A stretch of DNA of 64,000 bases from an uncultured candidatus Porisulfidus sp. (GCA_965204575.1 OZ241993.1:576001-640000), one strand, 5' to 3'. Numbered from the stretch's first letter, positions 26,365 to 37,701 are shown. Notes: a model not told the origin generated them from the letters alone. A program made the numbers and translations.

Positions 26365-27494
26365 TGCGCCCCAAAATCGACACGTATCCCGATTGCGGGC
26401 AGGCGGCGCACGGCGGATTGAGCCGGCGCGCGTTCCTGAAGCTCGGTGTCGCCGCGACCGCGACGGCGGGGCTGTTCGGCGCCGCTGCGCCGAGCGTGCG
26501 GGCCGAGAACGGGAAACTGTTTCTCATCGGACTGGAAGAGCACTTCGCAACACCCGAGCTTCAACGGCGGCATAGCGTCAAGGAAAAGCGCCTCTTCTCG
26601 GGTGGCCGCCGCAGACCCGAACTCCTCGACCTGGGGGCGGGCCGGGTCGCGGACATGGACGAGGCGGGGGTCGACATTCAGGTGCTTTCGGCCGTGACGC
26701 CCGGCGTCCAGAACCTGCCTGGAGCCGAAGGCGCGGCATACGCCCGCAAGCTCAATACCTGGGTCGCCGACGAAGTCATCGCGGCCTATCCGGAGCGCTT
26801 CCGCGCCTTTGCCACGTTGCCGCTGAACCAACCGGAGGCGGCGGCTGACGAGCTCGAGCGTTCAGTGCGCGAGCACGGTTTCGTGGGCTGCATGAGCTAT
26901 GGCGCCATCGATGGAAAGTTTCTCGACCACGTCGATTTCAAGCCCGTGTTGGCCCGGGCCGAAATGCTCGGCGTTCCCGTCTACATCCACCCGAACTGGC
27001 CTTCCCCCCAGGTGAGGGACATCTACTACGACGGGCTGGGCGACGGGCTGGTGAGCCGGATTCTCAGCGGACCGGGTTATGGCTGGCACCAGGAAGTCGC
27101 GCTCCAGTTCCTGCGCATGGTCGTCAGCGGAGTCTTCGACGAATTTCCCAAGCTTCAGATCGTCGTCGGGCACATGGGCGAAGGGCTTCCCTTCTATTAC
27201 TGGCGATTCGGGGACGACCTGGCTCGCATCGCGAAGGACAGGCTGGACAAGCCCGTGCAGCAGTACTTCCATGACAACCTCTGGATTACGACCAGCGCGT
27301 TCTTCCGCGATGAGTTGCTGTCTCTGGCTTTGGCGGTCATGGGCGAGGACCGGGTTCTGTTCTCGGTTGACTATCCCATGGCGAGCGGAAAGCAGGGCGC
27401 CGACTGGTTCCGGGCGGTCGATCTGCCCCGGACCACCAAGGAAAAGATCGCGCACGGGAACGCCGAGAGGCTTCTCGGGATCGGTCCGTTTTAG
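26364..27494 (+). CDS. amidohydrolase_2 family protein (ACMSD/decarboxylase-like) with Tat signal
   Basis: SRRAFLK Tat motif; LEEHF, YIHP, GHMGEGLP, FSVDYP. Confidence 0.88.
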   Translation: MRPKIDTYPDCGQAAHGGLSRRAFLKLGVAATATAGLFGAAAPSVRAENGKLFLIGLEEHFATPELQRRHSVKEKRLFSGGRRRPELLDLGAGRVADMDEAGVDIQVLSAVTPGVQNLPGAEGAAYARKLNTWVADEVIAAYPERFRAFATLPLNQPEAAADELERSVREHGFVGCMSYGAIDGKFLDHVDFKPVLARAEMLGVPVYIHPNWPSPQVRDIYYDGLGDGLVSRILSGPGYGWHQEVALQFLRMVVSGVFDEFPKLQIVVGHMGEGLPFYYWRFGDDLARIAKDRLDKPVQQYFHDNLWITTSAFFRDELLSLALAVMGEDRVLFSVDYPMASGKQGADWFRAVDLPRTTKEKIAHGNAERLLGIGPF

Positions 27495-27699
27495 GGCAAG
27501 CTCCGGTTGGCGGTGCCCCCCGTGCATTAGCATCAGGCGAATGGATACCGCCATGTTCGATCTGGTCGCGGCCGGTCTCTACGCGGCGGTTGAATAGTCG
27601 TTGCGCCTGCGCATCCAGCACCGGGTGCAAGGACACTGAAGCTGTGCGTTAGTTCTAGAAAACTGCCGAATTAAAATCCTGAATAGGAGATAATTAACG

Positions 27700-28119
27700 A
27701 TGCAGAACATCAAACAAAAAGGCTATCCAACACTAGGAACAATTCTCGCGCTGGCCGTGCTAACCACGGGGTGCGTTGAAATTGAGCCAACACCTCCTGA
27801 AATCACTACCATCAGTGATATGGCAGTCGAAGTTACCGCATTTTCCAACCTCTGGGTCTGGCCAACGGAGGAGGCGGTCACGAAAAAAGCATACCAAGGA
27901 TGTTCAACATATGGAAAACAAGCGATCTACCAAGGCCAGCATTGTTCAAGCCACGATATCAACACAAACACCTACTGCTACGGCGGTCGCGAAGCTAGCT
28001 ACCAATACAACTACAGCACAGGCACCTTTCAATACATCCCAAGCACTCCTGAAACTTGCAGAACCCGTACTTCCACCACATGCGAAGCCATGACGTATGT
28101 ATTCTCCTGCATCAAATGA
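27700..28119 (+). CDS. Cys-rich hypothetical lipoprotein
   Basis: RBS AGGAG, lipobox LTTG-C, six further Cys; low GC. Confidence 0.75.
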   Translation: MQNIKQKGYPTLGTILALAVLTTGCVEIEPTPPEITTISDMAVEVTAFSNLWVWPTEEAVTKKAYQGCSTYGKQAIYQGQHCSSHDINTNTYCYGGREASYQYNYSTGTFQYIPSTPETCRTRTSTTCEAMTYVFSCIK

Positions 28120-28322
28120 TAACTTTAATTAACGGTTATAAGTAAGGAAGTTGACGATCCTAAAGTCGCTTCGCGGCGAACTTCTGAAACTCGCCTAAAG
28201 CGAATATATCGCGCAGTTGATTCTATAAATTGACGGAGCCAGTCTAATGTTGTACGCTCTTCATCACTTCGGCCCCGTCGGGCTTGCCGCAAGGCCCTCG
28301 GCGGGGTTATTTATTTTGTCCG

Positions 28323-28607
28323 TTAGACCCTTCTTGTCGCCGCCCGATAAACTGTATTGCGCTCGCGTTTGCCGACGGCCACCACCGCCACGACAATGTC
28401 CCGTTCCCGCACTTGGTAGACGAGCCGGTACCCTACGCTACGCAGTTTGATTTTGTAACAGTCTTTCACGACACTCAGGCGGTCTCGCTCGACCCGTGGC
28501 GCTTCGAGACGGGCGACCAGTTTCGTTTTGAACTGTTTGCGGATATCCGGGTCCAGTTTTTTCCATTCGCGCATCGCGCTCGTGAGAAAAACCAGCCTAT
28601 AGCTCAT
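28323..28607 (-). CDS. relE: RelE/StbE-family toxin
   Basis: YRLVF..SAMREWKKLD, CYKIKLRSVGYRLVYQV, AVGKRER. Confidence 0.93.
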   Translation of the reverse strand: MSYRLVFLTSAMREWKKLDPDIRKQFKTKLVARLEAPRVERDRLSVVKDCYKIKLRSVGYRLVYQVRERDIVVAVVAVGKRERNTVYRAATRRV

Positions 28608-28851
28608 CGACCTTGACTTCGATTTCAGCCTCGCCCTCGCGCTCGCGAACAAGCGCCGCAAGTTCAAGGTCTTCCAGTTTGCCCATAATGGCTTCCCAAG
28701 CAGCGGAGGGAACGGCGTAAAAGACTGGGCGGTTGCGATTCAGGATCGCGACCGGCGCACCCTCGGCGTACTTGATGACGGCCATGGGATTCTTCTTCAG
28801 ATCAGATATGCCTACGCTTGCGTTAGCGAGGACAGGATAGATTGGGTTCAT
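28597..28851 (-). CDS. Phd/YefM (StbD-like) antitoxin
   Basis: ISDLKKNPM, PVAILNRNRPVFYAVP, LEDLELA. Confidence 0.92.
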   Translation of the reverse strand: MNPIYPVLANASVGISDLKKNPMAVIKYAEGAPVAILNRNRPVFYAVPSAAWEAIMGKLEDLELAALVREREGEAEIEVKVDEL

Positions 28852-28853
28852 CA

Positions 28854-28885
28854 AAAGACCTCATAAAGAGTCAATATAAAGACCT
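28854..28885. promoter_or_regulatory. putative relBE operator repeats
   Basis: AAAGACCT / AAAGAGTC / AAAGACCT at roughly 11-13 bp spacing upstream of the antitoxin. Confidence 0.45.
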
Positions 28886-29076
28886 ATTATTAGCTCGTTA
28901 AACTAAATGTCAACTGTCATGTCGTCCTGATGCCCTGAGGCCGAGTGCCATCTTTAATGAGTCTGCATTGAACTGCCTCGCCGTTGTTCCGGGCAAATTC
29001 CAGTTCTTCGGCAGAGTGTTTTGTCCAGCGAAATTTGCCAATTTCCCCACTTCCGGGGAAAATACGCACCCTGTCG

Positions 29077-31113
29077 ATGACCCCACCTGAAAACCCTTCT
29101 TCTTCCGGGCCGATGCCTGCACCGCGAACGCTGGCCAACGCCATTCGGGCGTTGAGCATGGATGCTGTCGAACAAGCCGCTTCCGGCCATCCCGGCATGC
29201 CGATGGGAATGGCGGATATCGCGGAAGTCCTGTGGCGTCGGCACCTCAGGCACAACCCTGCCAACCCCAACTGGCCGGACCGGGACCGCTTCGTGGTCTC
29301 CAACGGGCACGGCTCCATGCTGCTGTACAGCCTGCTGCATCTGACCGGCTATCCGCTGGCGATGGAAGAACTTCAGGCCTTCCGCCAGTTGCACTCGCGC
29401 ACGCCCGGCCACCCGGAGCTTGACCGGGACATCGGGGTCGAGACCACGACCGGCCCGCTGGGCCAGGGGCTGGCCAACGCGGTCGGGATGGCGCTGGCGG
29501 AGCGGTTGCTGGCCGACCGCTACAACCATGACGGGCACGAGGTGGTCAACCACCGGACCTATGTGTTCGCGGGCGACGGATGCTTGATGGAAGGGGTTTC
29601 GCACGAGGCGTGCAGCCTGGCCGGCACGCTCCGCCTGGGCAAGTTGATCGTGTTCTACGACGACAACGGCATCTCGATTGATGGCGAGACCAAGGGCTGG
29701 TTCACCGACGATACGGCCGGGCGCTTCTCTGCCTACGGCTGGCACGTGATCCCGGGCATCGACGGGCATGATCCGGAGGCGGTGGACCGGGCCATTCGCG
29801 AAGCCCAGGCCGACCCCCGGCCGTCGTTCCTTTGCTGCCGGACCGTGATCGGTTACGGCGCACCGCAGAAGCAGGGCACTGCAGATACGCACGGCGCTCC
29901 GCTTGGCGCCGAGGAAGTGGCGCGGGCGCGAGAAACCCTGGACTGGCCCCACCCTCCGTTCGAGGTTCCGGGCGAAATTCACGAAGCCTGGGACGCCCGG
30001 GAGAAGGGCGCGGAACTGGAGTCCCAATGGCGGGCGCGAATGGATGATTATGCCGCCCGTTGCCCGGACGATGCGACCGAACTGGCCCGGCGCCTGGAAG
30101 GCGACTTGCCGGAGGCGTTCACGGAGGCGATTGACGCCCATATCAGGAACCAGCTAATGGAGCCGGCGAAAGCGGCGACCCGCAAGCATTCCGGGAACAC
30201 CCTGGATGCGATTGCCGGCAGCCTGCCGGAACTGATCGGCGGCTCGGCGGACCTGACCGGGTCCAACAACACCCAACCCAAGGGCAGCCGTGCGGTCAGC
30301 GCGGACGAGTCCGGCACCTACATCTACTACGGGGTCCGGGAGTTCGGCATGGGGGCGGTGATGAACGGTTTGGCCCTGCACGGTGGGTTCATCCCGTATG
30401 GCGGAACCTTCCTGACGTTCTCCGACTACGCCCGAAACTCTATCCGCATGGCGGCGCTGATGCACCAACAGGTGATTTTCGTCCTGACGCACGATTCCAT
30501 CGGCCTGGGCGAGGACGGCCCGACCCACCAGGCGGTGGAGCATCTGGCGAGCCTCAGGCTGATTCCGGAGCTCGAAGTCTGGCGACCGGCCGATGCCGTG
30601 GAGACCGCAGTCGCCTGGAAGTGTGCGCTGCAGCCCGGGAACGGGCCGACTGCATTGGCGCTGTCGCGCCAGTCCGTGGCGCAACTGGAGCATACCCCGG
30701 AAACTGTCGCGCTATCCGCGCGCGGTGGGTACGTGCTGGCGGATTCGGACGGCCCACCGGAACTGATTTTGCTTGCCACCGGGTCCGAAGTCGGGCTGGC
30801 CGTCGAATGTGCCGCGGCTCTGGACGGAATCCGGACACGGGTCGTGTCGATGCCCTGCATGGAACAGTTTGCCCGACAGGATCCGGGCTACCAGGAACAG
30901 GTCCTGCCGAGCGAGGTATCTGCCCGGATCGCGGTCGAGGCGGGAGTCAGCGCGCCGTGGCACCGCTGGATAGGACCGCAAGGACGCGTGTTGGGGGTCG
31001 AGGAATTCGGCCATTCGGCACCAGGCGCCCGGGTGATGGAACACTTCGGGTTTACCGTGGAAAACTTGACAACGATGGCCCGGGAAATGTTGGGTCAGGG
31101 AGTGACAGCATGA
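29077..31113 (+). CDS. tkt: transketolase
   Basis: [40 protein letters not shown]. Confidence 0.97.
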   Translation: MTPPENPSSSGPMPAPRTLANAIRALSMDAVEQAASGHPGMPMGMADIAEVLWRRHLRHNPANPNWPDRDRFVVSNGHGSMLLYSLLHLTGYPLAMEELQAFRQLHSRTPGHPELDRDIGVETTTGPLGQGLANAVGMALAERLLADRYNHDGHEVVNHRTYVFAGDGCLMEGVSHEACSLAGTLRLGKLIVFYDDNGISIDGETKGWFTDDTAGRFSAYGWHVIPGIDGHDPEAVDRAIREAQADPRPSFLCCRTVIGYGAPQKQGTADTHGAPLGAEEVARARETLDWPHPPFEVPGEIHEAWDAREKGAELESQWRARMDDYAARCPDDATELARRLEGDLPEAFTEAIDAHIRNQLMEPAKAATRKHSGNTLDAIAGSLPELIGGSADLTGSNNTQPKGSRAVSADESGTYIYYGVREFGMGAVMNGLALHGGFIPYGGTFLTFSDYARNSIRMAALMHQQVIFVLTHDSIGLGEDGPTHQAVEHLASLRLIPELEVWRPADAVETAVAWKCALQPGNGPTALALSRQSVAQLEHTPETVALSARGGYVLADSDGPPELILLATGSEVGLAVECAAALDGIRTRVVSMPCMEQFARQDPGYQEQVLPSEVSARIAVEAGVSAPWHRWIGPQGRVLGVEEFGHSAPGARVMEHFGFTVENLTTMAREMLGQGVTA

Positions 31114-32126
31114 GCATTCGCGTAGGAATCAACGGCTATGGACGCATTGGGCGCAACATCCTGCGGGCCCTTTACGAAGCCGGGCGGCAGGATGAAATCA
31201 GCATTGTTGCCATCAACGACATCGGCGACTTGGAGGTCAGCGCGCACCTGACCCGCTACGACTCGGCGCATGGGCCGTTCAACCTGAATGTGCAGGCCGA
31301 TGGAGACGCCATGATGGTGGGAGGCGACCGCATCCGGTTCACCGCCTGCCGCAACCCGGCGGATATTCCCTGGAAAGAGTCGGAAGTGGATGTGGTGATC
31401 GAGTCGACCGGGCTTTTTGCGTCGCGCGAGAAGTCGCGAGGCCATCTGGAAGCAGGCGCGCCCCGGGTGCTGATCTCGGCTCCGGCCGGCAAGGACGTGG
31501 ATGCGACCGTGGTGTATGGCGTCAACCACGACCAGTTGGGCCCGGATCACGTCGTGGTCTCCAATGCTTCCTGCACGACGAACTGTCTGGCGCCCCTGGC
31601 CAAGGTCCTGATGGAATCGGTCGGCATCGAGTCCGGCATCATGACCACCATCCATTCGTATACCAACGACCAGGTGTTGACGGACGTGGCGCACAGCGAC
31701 CTGCGCCGGGCCCGTTCGGCCACGCAGTCAATGATTCCGACCGCGACCGGCGCGGCGCGGGCGGTCGGCCTGGTGCTGCCGGAACTCGACGGCCGCCTGG
31801 ACGGATTCGCCATCCGCGTGCCGACCATCAACGTTTCGGTGGTGGACTTGAGCTTCGTGGCCAGTCGGGAGACGAACGCGGAAGAAGTCAACGCGGCCGT
31901 GCGCGTGGCAGCCGAGGGGCCGCTGGAAGGCGTTTTGGCGTACAGCGAGGATCCCCTGGTTTCGATCGACTTCAACCACAGCTCGGCGTCGTCCTCGCTC
32001 GATGCTTCGCTGACCAAGGTGCTTCCGGGCAACTTGGTCAAGGTTCTCTCGTGGTACGACAACGAGTGGGGTTTTTCCAATCGTATGCTGGATGTCATTG
32101 CGGCCTGGATGCGCGCCTCCGCATGA
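31110..32126 (+). CDS. gap: glyceraldehyde-3-phosphate dehydrogenase
   Basis: [28 protein letters not shown]. Confidence 0.97.
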   Translation: MSIRVGINGYGRIGRNILRALYEAGRQDEISIVAINDIGDLEVSAHLTRYDSAHGPFNLNVQADGDAMMVGGDRIRFTACRNPADIPWKESEVDVVIESTGLFASREKSRGHLEAGAPRVLISAPAGKDVDATVVYGVNHDQLGPDHVVVSNASCTTNCLAPLAKVLMESVGIESGIMTTIHSYTNDQVLTDVAHSDLRRARSATQSMIPTATGAARAVGLVLPELDGRLDGFAIRVPTINVSVVDLSFVASRETNAEEVNAAVRVAAEGPLEGVLAYSEDPLVSIDFNHSSASSSLDASLTKVLPGNLVKVLSWYDNEWGFSNRMLDVIAAWMRASA

Positions 32127-33295
32127 GCATGCCTCCCGGTTTGCCGGGCAAGCTCAAGCCGGGCAGCCGGGTACTGCTGCGCACCGACTTGAACGTACCG
32201 ATAGAATCCGGCCGTATCACGGCGGATGAGCGGATTCGCGCCAGCATCCAGACCCTTCGCCGCCTGCAGCAGGCCCGGTGTCGCGTCCTGGTGATGTCGC
32301 ATCTGGGGCGGCCGCAGGAGGGACGCTACGATGCAGCCGCTTCCTTGGAACCGGTGGCGATGGCCTTGTCGGAGCGGCTGGGCGAACCGGCAGTTTTCCG
32401 GCGCGACTGGATCGACGGCGTGGAATCCAGGCCGGGTCGCGTCACCCTGCTTGAAAACGTGCGGTTTCTCGAAGGGGAGACCGGGAACAGCGACGATCTG
32501 GGCCGACGCATGGCGGCCTTGTGCGACCTCTACGTGATGGACGCCTTCGGCAGCGCGCATCGGGCGCATGCCTCGACCCATGCGGTGGCCCGGTACGCCC
32601 CGCGCGCCTGTGCCGGCCCTTTGCTGAGGCGTGAACTGCGAATGCTGCAGCGTGCCCTAGGGAAGCCGGAACGCCCGCTGGTGGCGATCGTCGGTGGCGC
32701 CAAGGTGTCGACCAAGATCGAGGTGCTGGAACGCCTGGCCGAGATCGCTGACGAGTTGATCGTCGGCGGGGGGATTGCCAACACGTTCATGGCGGCGGCC
32801 GGCCTGGACATCGGTGATTCCCTGTACGAACCGGCGCAGTTGGATCTCGCGCGGCGGTTGATGAAGTCTTCTTCCCGGCGCCGGGCGACCGTCCCGTTGC
32901 CCCGGGATGTGGTCTGTGAGCTTCCCGGTTCACACGAGCCGGTCGTTCGCGAAGCGGATGAGGTGCGCCCGGGGGAGCGGATCATGGACGTCGGGCCAAA
33001 AACCCGGGAGCACTATGGCCGGCTCGTTGCCCGGGCCCGGACAGTGATCTGGAACGGCCCGCTGGGCGTGTTCGAGGATCCGCGCTTTGCAGCCGGAACA
33101 AAGGCCTTGGGACATGCCATTGCGGGTTCGCAAGCCTTTTCTATTGCGGGCGGGGGTGATACGCTGGCGGCTGTAGGGAGTTTTCGGATAAAGAGCAAGA
33201 TGTCTTATCTGTCGACCGGCGGAGGCGCATTCCTGGAGTATGCGGCGGGCCGCACGCTTCCAGCCGTTGAAATTCTCAAGACGGTGGCCTCATGA
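32123..33295 (+). CDS. pgk: phosphoglycerate kinase
   Basis: [35 protein letters not shown]. Confidence 0.97.
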   Translation: MSMPPGLPGKLKPGSRVLLRTDLNVPIESGRITADERIRASIQTLRRLQQARCRVLVMSHLGRPQEGRYDAAASLEPVAMALSERLGEPAVFRRDWIDGVESRPGRVTLLENVRFLEGETGNSDDLGRRMAALCDLYVMDAFGSAHRAHASTHAVARYAPRACAGPLLRRELRMLQRALGKPERPLVAIVGGAKVSTKIEVLERLAEIADELIVGGGIANTFMAAAGLDIGDSLYEPAQLDLARRLMKSSSRRRATVPLPRDVVCELPGSHEPVVREADEVRPGERIMDVGPKTREHYGRLVARARTVIWNGPLGVFEDPRFAAGTKALGHAIAGSQAFSIAGGGDTLAAVGSFRIKSKMSYLSTGGGAFLEYAAGRTLPAVEILKTVAS

Positions 33296-34773
33296 CTGCG
33301 CCGTCCTCCGAACTTCGCCACCGGCGAACCAAGATCATCGCCACCTTGGGGCCGGCGACGGATTCGCCGGAGGTATTGCGCGACTTGATCGATGCCGGCG
33401 TGGACGTGGTTCGCCTGAATTTCTCGCACGGCACCCAGGATGAGCACCGCGAGCGTGCGGAGCGGATACGCGAGATGACCGAACCGGATTACCACTTGGC
33501 GATCCTGGGTGACTTGCAAGGGCCGAAGATTCGCATTACCGGCTTCCGTGATGGTTCGATCACTCTCAAGCCGGGCGATCCATTTGCCTTGGATCCGCAT
33601 CTCGAACCGAATGCCGGCACGAGCGAAGCCGTTGGACTGACGTACCCGGAACTGTCCGAAGATGTGCGTGTCGGCGACAACCTGTTGCTGGACGACGGCC
33701 GTCTTGTTCTGCAAGTCAAGGCGTTGGAGTCCGGGCGCATCATCACCGAGACCATATCCGGAGGGGTCTTGCAGGATGCCAAGGGCGTCAACCGCGCCGG
33801 CGGCGGCTTGTCGGCCCCTTCGATCAGTGCCAAGGATCATCAGGACATCCAGTTGGCCGCGGAAATCGGCGTGGACTACCTTGCCGTGTCCTACCCGCGC
33901 AGCGGGGGCGACATCTACTATGCGCGCGAACTCCTGCGCGAGGCCGGCGGCAACGCGCACCTGATCGCGAAGATCGAACGGGCCGAAGCGGTTGAGAACA
34001 TCGACGAGATCCTGGATGCCTCGGATGCGATCATGGTGGCGCGTGGGGATCTGGGTGTGGAGATCGGCGACCCGGAACTGCCGGCAGTGCAGAAGAGCTT
34101 GATCCGCAGGGCCTGGCGGCACAACCGGGTCGTGATCACGGCGACGCAGATGATGGAATCGATGATCACCAGCACCATTCCGACGCGTGCGGAGGTGTTC
34201 GACGTCGCCAATGCCGTGCTGGACGGGACCGACGCCGTGATGCTGTCGGCAGAGACGGCGATTGGAAGCAACCCGGTCGAGGCGGTACTGGCGATGAGTC
34301 GCATCTGCGTGGGCTCCGAAGGCAATGCCGCCGGTGACATCCTGGATCTCGCCAACGAAGAAGAAGACCTGTTCGACGCGGACGAGGCGATCGCGCTGTC
34401 GGCGATCTTTACCGCCAACCACCTGGAAGTCAAAGCCATCGCCGCCTTGACCGAATCCGGCTCCACTCCCCGGCAGATGTCGCGCTTTCGCTCCAGCATC
34501 CCGATCTATGCGGTTTCCCGCAACCTTGAGACACGCCGCCGGGTCAACCTGTACCGCGGGGTATATCCGGTCACCCTGCGCAGCATCAGTACCGACCACG
34601 CCGAACTCAACCGGGATCTGGTCGACGTGCTGAAAAAAAGCGGGGTGGTGGAGGACGGCGACCGGGTGATCATCACCAAGGGCGATCTGGCGGGTGTTCA
34701 GGGAGGCACCAACGCCCTGAAGATCGTGGAGGCCGGGGCGATGCCCGAATCGCGTGGCGTTGCGGTCGAGTAG
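33292..34773 (+). CDS. pyk: pyruvate kinase
   Basis: RRTKIIATLGPA, DLQGPKIR, MVARGDLGVE, TQMMESM. Confidence 0.97.
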   Translation: MTAPSSELRHRRTKIIATLGPATDSPEVLRDLIDAGVDVVRLNFSHGTQDEHRERAERIREMTEPDYHLAILGDLQGPKIRITGFRDGSITLKPGDPFALDPHLEPNAGTSEAVGLTYPELSEDVRVGDNLLLDDGRLVLQVKALESGRIITETISGGVLQDAKGVNRAGGGLSAPSISAKDHQDIQLAAEIGVDYLAVSYPRSGGDIYYARELLREAGGNAHLIAKIERAEAVENIDEILDASDAIMVARGDLGVEIGDPELPAVQKSLIRRAWRHNRVVITATQMMESMITSTIPTRAEVFDVANAVLDGTDAVMLSAETAIGSNPVEAVLAMSRICVGSEGNAAGDILDLANEEEDLFDADEAIALSAIFTANHLEVKAIAALTESGSTPRQMSRFRSSIPIYAVSRNLETRRRVNLYRGVYPVTLRSISTDHAELNRDLVDVLKKSGVVEDGDRVIITKGDLAGVQGGTNALKIVEAGAMPESRGVAVE

Positions 34774-34831
34774 CATAAAATAGATTGTTCGCGAACCTTC
34801 CATTTTTTAACCTTTTAATCAAACATTTTTT

Positions 34832-35851
34832 ATGAACCGTGAAACACTGAGCGCAACCGCGCGCGCCATGGTGGCCCCCGGCAAGGGAATCCTGGCGATG
34901 GACGAAAGCCACCCGACCTGCAAGAAGCGTTTTGACGCTTTAGGCATTGAATTTACTGAAGAAAATCGCCGCGCTTACCGCGACATGCTGGTTACGGCGG
35001 CGGGTTTGGGGGATCATGTCGGAGGCGCGATCCTGTTCGACGAGACCCTGCGCCAGAAATTGCTGGACGACACGCCGTTCCCGGAACACTTGAACTCGAT
35101 CGGCATCGTGCCGGGCATCAAGGTGGATAAGGGCGCCAAGGATCTGGCGGGTTATCCGGGCGAGAAGGTGACGGAAGGCTTGGACGGCCTGCGCGACCGT
35201 CTGGCCGAGTACGTTGAACTGGGTGCCCGTTTCGCCAAGTGGCGGGCGGTGATCACCATCGGAGAGGGTATGCCGAGCGGAGCCTGCCTGGAAGCCAACG
35301 CCCATGGTCTTGCCCGCTATGCGGCCCTGTGCCAGGAAGCCGGCTTGGTGCCGATCGTCGAACCCGAAGTCCTGATGAATGGCGAACACGATATCGACCG
35401 CAGTTACGAAGTGACCGTCCGTGCGCTGGAAGTCACCTTTGATCAGTTGGCGCGTCAGGGCGTGTGGCTTGAAGGCATCGTCCTCAAGCCCAGCATGGTG
35501 ATTTCCGGGGACCGGTGCGCCGAGCAGGCGGATGTCGAGACGGTGGCCGCCCGCACGGTGGAATGCCTGAAGAAGACGGTTCCTGCCGAAGTGCCTGGAA
35601 TCGCGTTCCTGTCCGGCGGGCAGAGCGACGAGGAGGCCAGCGCACACCTGAATGCGATCAACCGGCATCCGGATCTTCCCTGGGCAGTGACTTTTTCCTA
35701 TGGTCGCGCCCTGCAGCAGCAGGCGATGAAATCCTGGGGAGGCGCCGAGGCCAACCGCGAAGTCGGGCAGGCCGCGATCTCCAAGCGCGCCCGCCTGAAT
35801 GGGGCGGCCGCACGCGGGGCTTACGACGTCGAGATGGAAAAGGCAGCCTAA
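34832..35851 (+). CDS. fba: class I fructose-bisphosphate aldolase
   Basis: GILAMDES, GIKVDKG, FAKWR, VPIVEPE, LKPSMV (Schiff-base Lys), FSYGRALQ. Confidence 0.95.
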   Translation: MNRETLSATARAMVAPGKGILAMDESHPTCKKRFDALGIEFTEENRRAYRDMLVTAAGLGDHVGGAILFDETLRQKLLDDTPFPEHLNSIGIVPGIKVDKGAKDLAGYPGEKVTEGLDGLRDRLAEYVELGARFAKWRAVITIGEGMPSGACLEANAHGLARYAALCQEAGLVPIVEPEVLMNGEHDIDRSYEVTVRALEVTFDQLARQGVWLEGIVLKPSMVISGDRCAEQADVETVAARTVECLKKTVPAEVPGIAFLSGGQSDEEASAHLNAINRHPDLPWAVTFSYGRALQQQAMKSWGGAEANREVGQAAISKRARLNGAAARGAYDVEMEKAA

Positions 35852-35860
35852 ATCGGCCCC

Positions 35861-36913
35861 ATGCCGACCGTCCGGCTCCGCAACGCTGACCGCTCGTTCG
35901 AAACCCAGAGGAACGAAACCCTGCTTGAGGCCGCCATCCGCGAGGGTGTCGGCCTTCCGTACGGATGCAGCGCCGGGAATTGCGGGCTGTGCCGCGCCCG
36001 GCTGATAGAAGGGGAACTCAAGCCCGTTCGTCACCACGATTTCGTGTTCACCCAAGCCGAGCGGGCGCACGGCGATTTCCTGATGTGCAGCAACAGCGCG
36101 CAGAGCGACCTCACGCTCGAGGTTGTGCTCGAAAAAGACCCAACGTCTATTCCCTGGCAAACCCTGCAGGCGAAAGTGAAGGTCGCCGAAAAGCTCGGTG
36201 AACGCTTGCTGTGGCTGAAGCTACGCGTGCCCCGCTCGCAACGGCTTCGCTTCATGGCAGGCCAGTATGCGACCCTGACGCTGGAGAACGGCGCGGTGAG
36301 CGACAGCGCGATTGCCAGTTGCCCTTGCGACGAACGCCATATCGACTTCCACATCCGGCGCCTGCCGGACGACAATTTTTCCGACAACGCGTTCGAGTCC
36401 CTGCGCCCGGGGCAGACCGTGACGGTCGAAGCACCCGGGGGCCGGTTTGCGTTCGATGACGATTCCACCCGCCCGGCCCTGTTCGTGGCGTTCGACACCG
36501 GGTTCGCGGCGATCAAGAGCATGCTCGAACACCTCACCGCGCGCGAATCCGAACAACCCCTGCATCTGTACCGAATCTGTTGCGGAAAGGAAGACCTGTA
36601 CATGCACAATCTGTGCCGTTCCTGGGCGGATGCGCTCGACGAACTGAGCTATACGCCTCTGGTGATCGAGGAGTCGTTCAGCGAGTGGGCAAAAGATGAG
36701 TTGTCCGGCATGGAAAAAGTGGAAACCATGCTGAAGCGTGTCGTGGACGATCATCCAGACCTTTCGGGGATGGATTTGTACGTTTGTGCGCCGGAGCCGG
36801 TGGTGGAACGCTTTGATGCCCTGGCCACGCAGCACCAGTTGGTACGGGAGCAATTTCACGCTGAAATCATCCGTGGCAACTCGTACACTCGCTGCCTGGG
36901 GGCGACGGCGTGA
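35861..36913 (+). CDS. 2Fe-2S ferredoxin / FAD-NAD(P) oxidoreductase (FNR-like)
   Basis: C-x4-C-x2-C..C ferredoxin, AGQY, SAIAS, DTGFAAI. Confidence 0.88.
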   Translation: MPTVRLRNADRSFETQRNETLLEAAIREGVGLPYGCSAGNCGLCRARLIEGELKPVRHHDFVFTQAERAHGDFLMCSNSAQSDLTLEVVLEKDPTSIPWQTLQAKVKVAEKLGERLLWLKLRVPRSQRLRFMAGQYATLTLENGAVSDSAIASCPCDERHIDFHIRRLPDDNFSDNAFESLRPGQTVTVEAPGGRFAFDDDSTRPALFVAFDTGFAAIKSMLEHLTARESEQPLHLYRICCGKEDLYMHNLCRSWADALDELSYTPLVIEESFSEWAKDELSGMEKVETMLKRVVDDHPDLSGMDLYVCAPEPVVERFDALATQHQLVREQFHAEIIRGNSYTRCLGATA

Positions 36914-37305
36914 ATGTGCACTGCCCGTTCGAGCGCCTGATCGTCGCCGGGATGCATGCCTGCTCGCGGGCTATTCCGGTAACGCGCCGGGAGGGTGCCG
37001 GCATTGACTGCAATGACGCAGATTCCTGCAACCGTTGCCAGGAGTTGCAGGAATTCTTTGAACAGGTGGGCGCCGAAGCCTTCGGCGAGGTCGAAGATCG
37101 CACCCAAGTACCGCACAGCACGTTGCTGAAGATACAGATTGGTGGATTGGCGGGGACGGTGCAATGCCTGGGTCTGTCCGTGGGCGAGAAGATCGAAGAC
37201 CTGGATCAGGTGGCAGGGCAAGCAGGCGGGAACCTTGAAGAACTGGACCACGAAATCTTGGCCGAAGCGATGCGCGGCGCACGTGCCCGGCGACGCCGGC
37301 ACTGA
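36910..37305 (+). CDS. Cys-rich conserved hypothetical protein
   Basis: CPFE..C..C..CxxC..KIQIGGL; translationally coupled (GTGA overlap). Confidence 0.75.
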   Translation: MNVHCPFERLIVAGMHACSRAIPVTRREGAGIDCNDADSCNRCQELQEFFEQVGAEAFGEVEDRTQVPHSTLLKIQIGGLAGTVQCLGLSVGEKIEDLDQVAGQAGGNLEELDHEILAEAMRGARARRRRH

Positions 37306-37326
37306 CCCCGGACGAACGAAGAAACT

Positions 37327-37701
37327 GTGAACAAGCGTTGCTACGGTCAGGATCACCTTTGGCTGGAGCCTGACGGTTCCGGCATGGCCAAGGTCGGCGT
37401 GAGCCACTACGCGCAGGAGGAACTGGGCGACATTCTGTTCGTGGAGCTGCCGGAGCCCGGAACCGAACTGGCTCAAGGCCAGAGTTTCGGGGTTATCGAA
37501 TCAGTCAAGACCGCATCCGAACTGATCGCCCCGGTCTCGGGCAAAGTTGTGGAAGTCAATGAACTCCTCCGGGAAGAGCCGTGGCAGGTCAACGATTCGC
37601 CGGAGGGAGAAGGTTGGATACTGAAGATGGACTGTGCCGAGCCTGACCCCTGTGCATCCCTGATGGATGCGGATGCCTACAAAGAACTGACCGGCGGGTA
37701 G
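37327..37701 (+). CDS. gcvH: glycine cleavage system H (lipoyl carrier) protein
   Basis: AQEELGDILFVELP, IESVKTASE lipoyl-Lys, VNDSPEGEGW. Confidence 0.92.
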   Translation: MNKRCYGQDHLWLEPDGSGMAKVGVSHYAQEELGDILFVELPEPGTELAQGQSFGVIESVKTASELIAPVSGKVVEVNELLREEPWQVNDSPEGEGWILKMDCAEPDPCASLMDADAYKELTGG

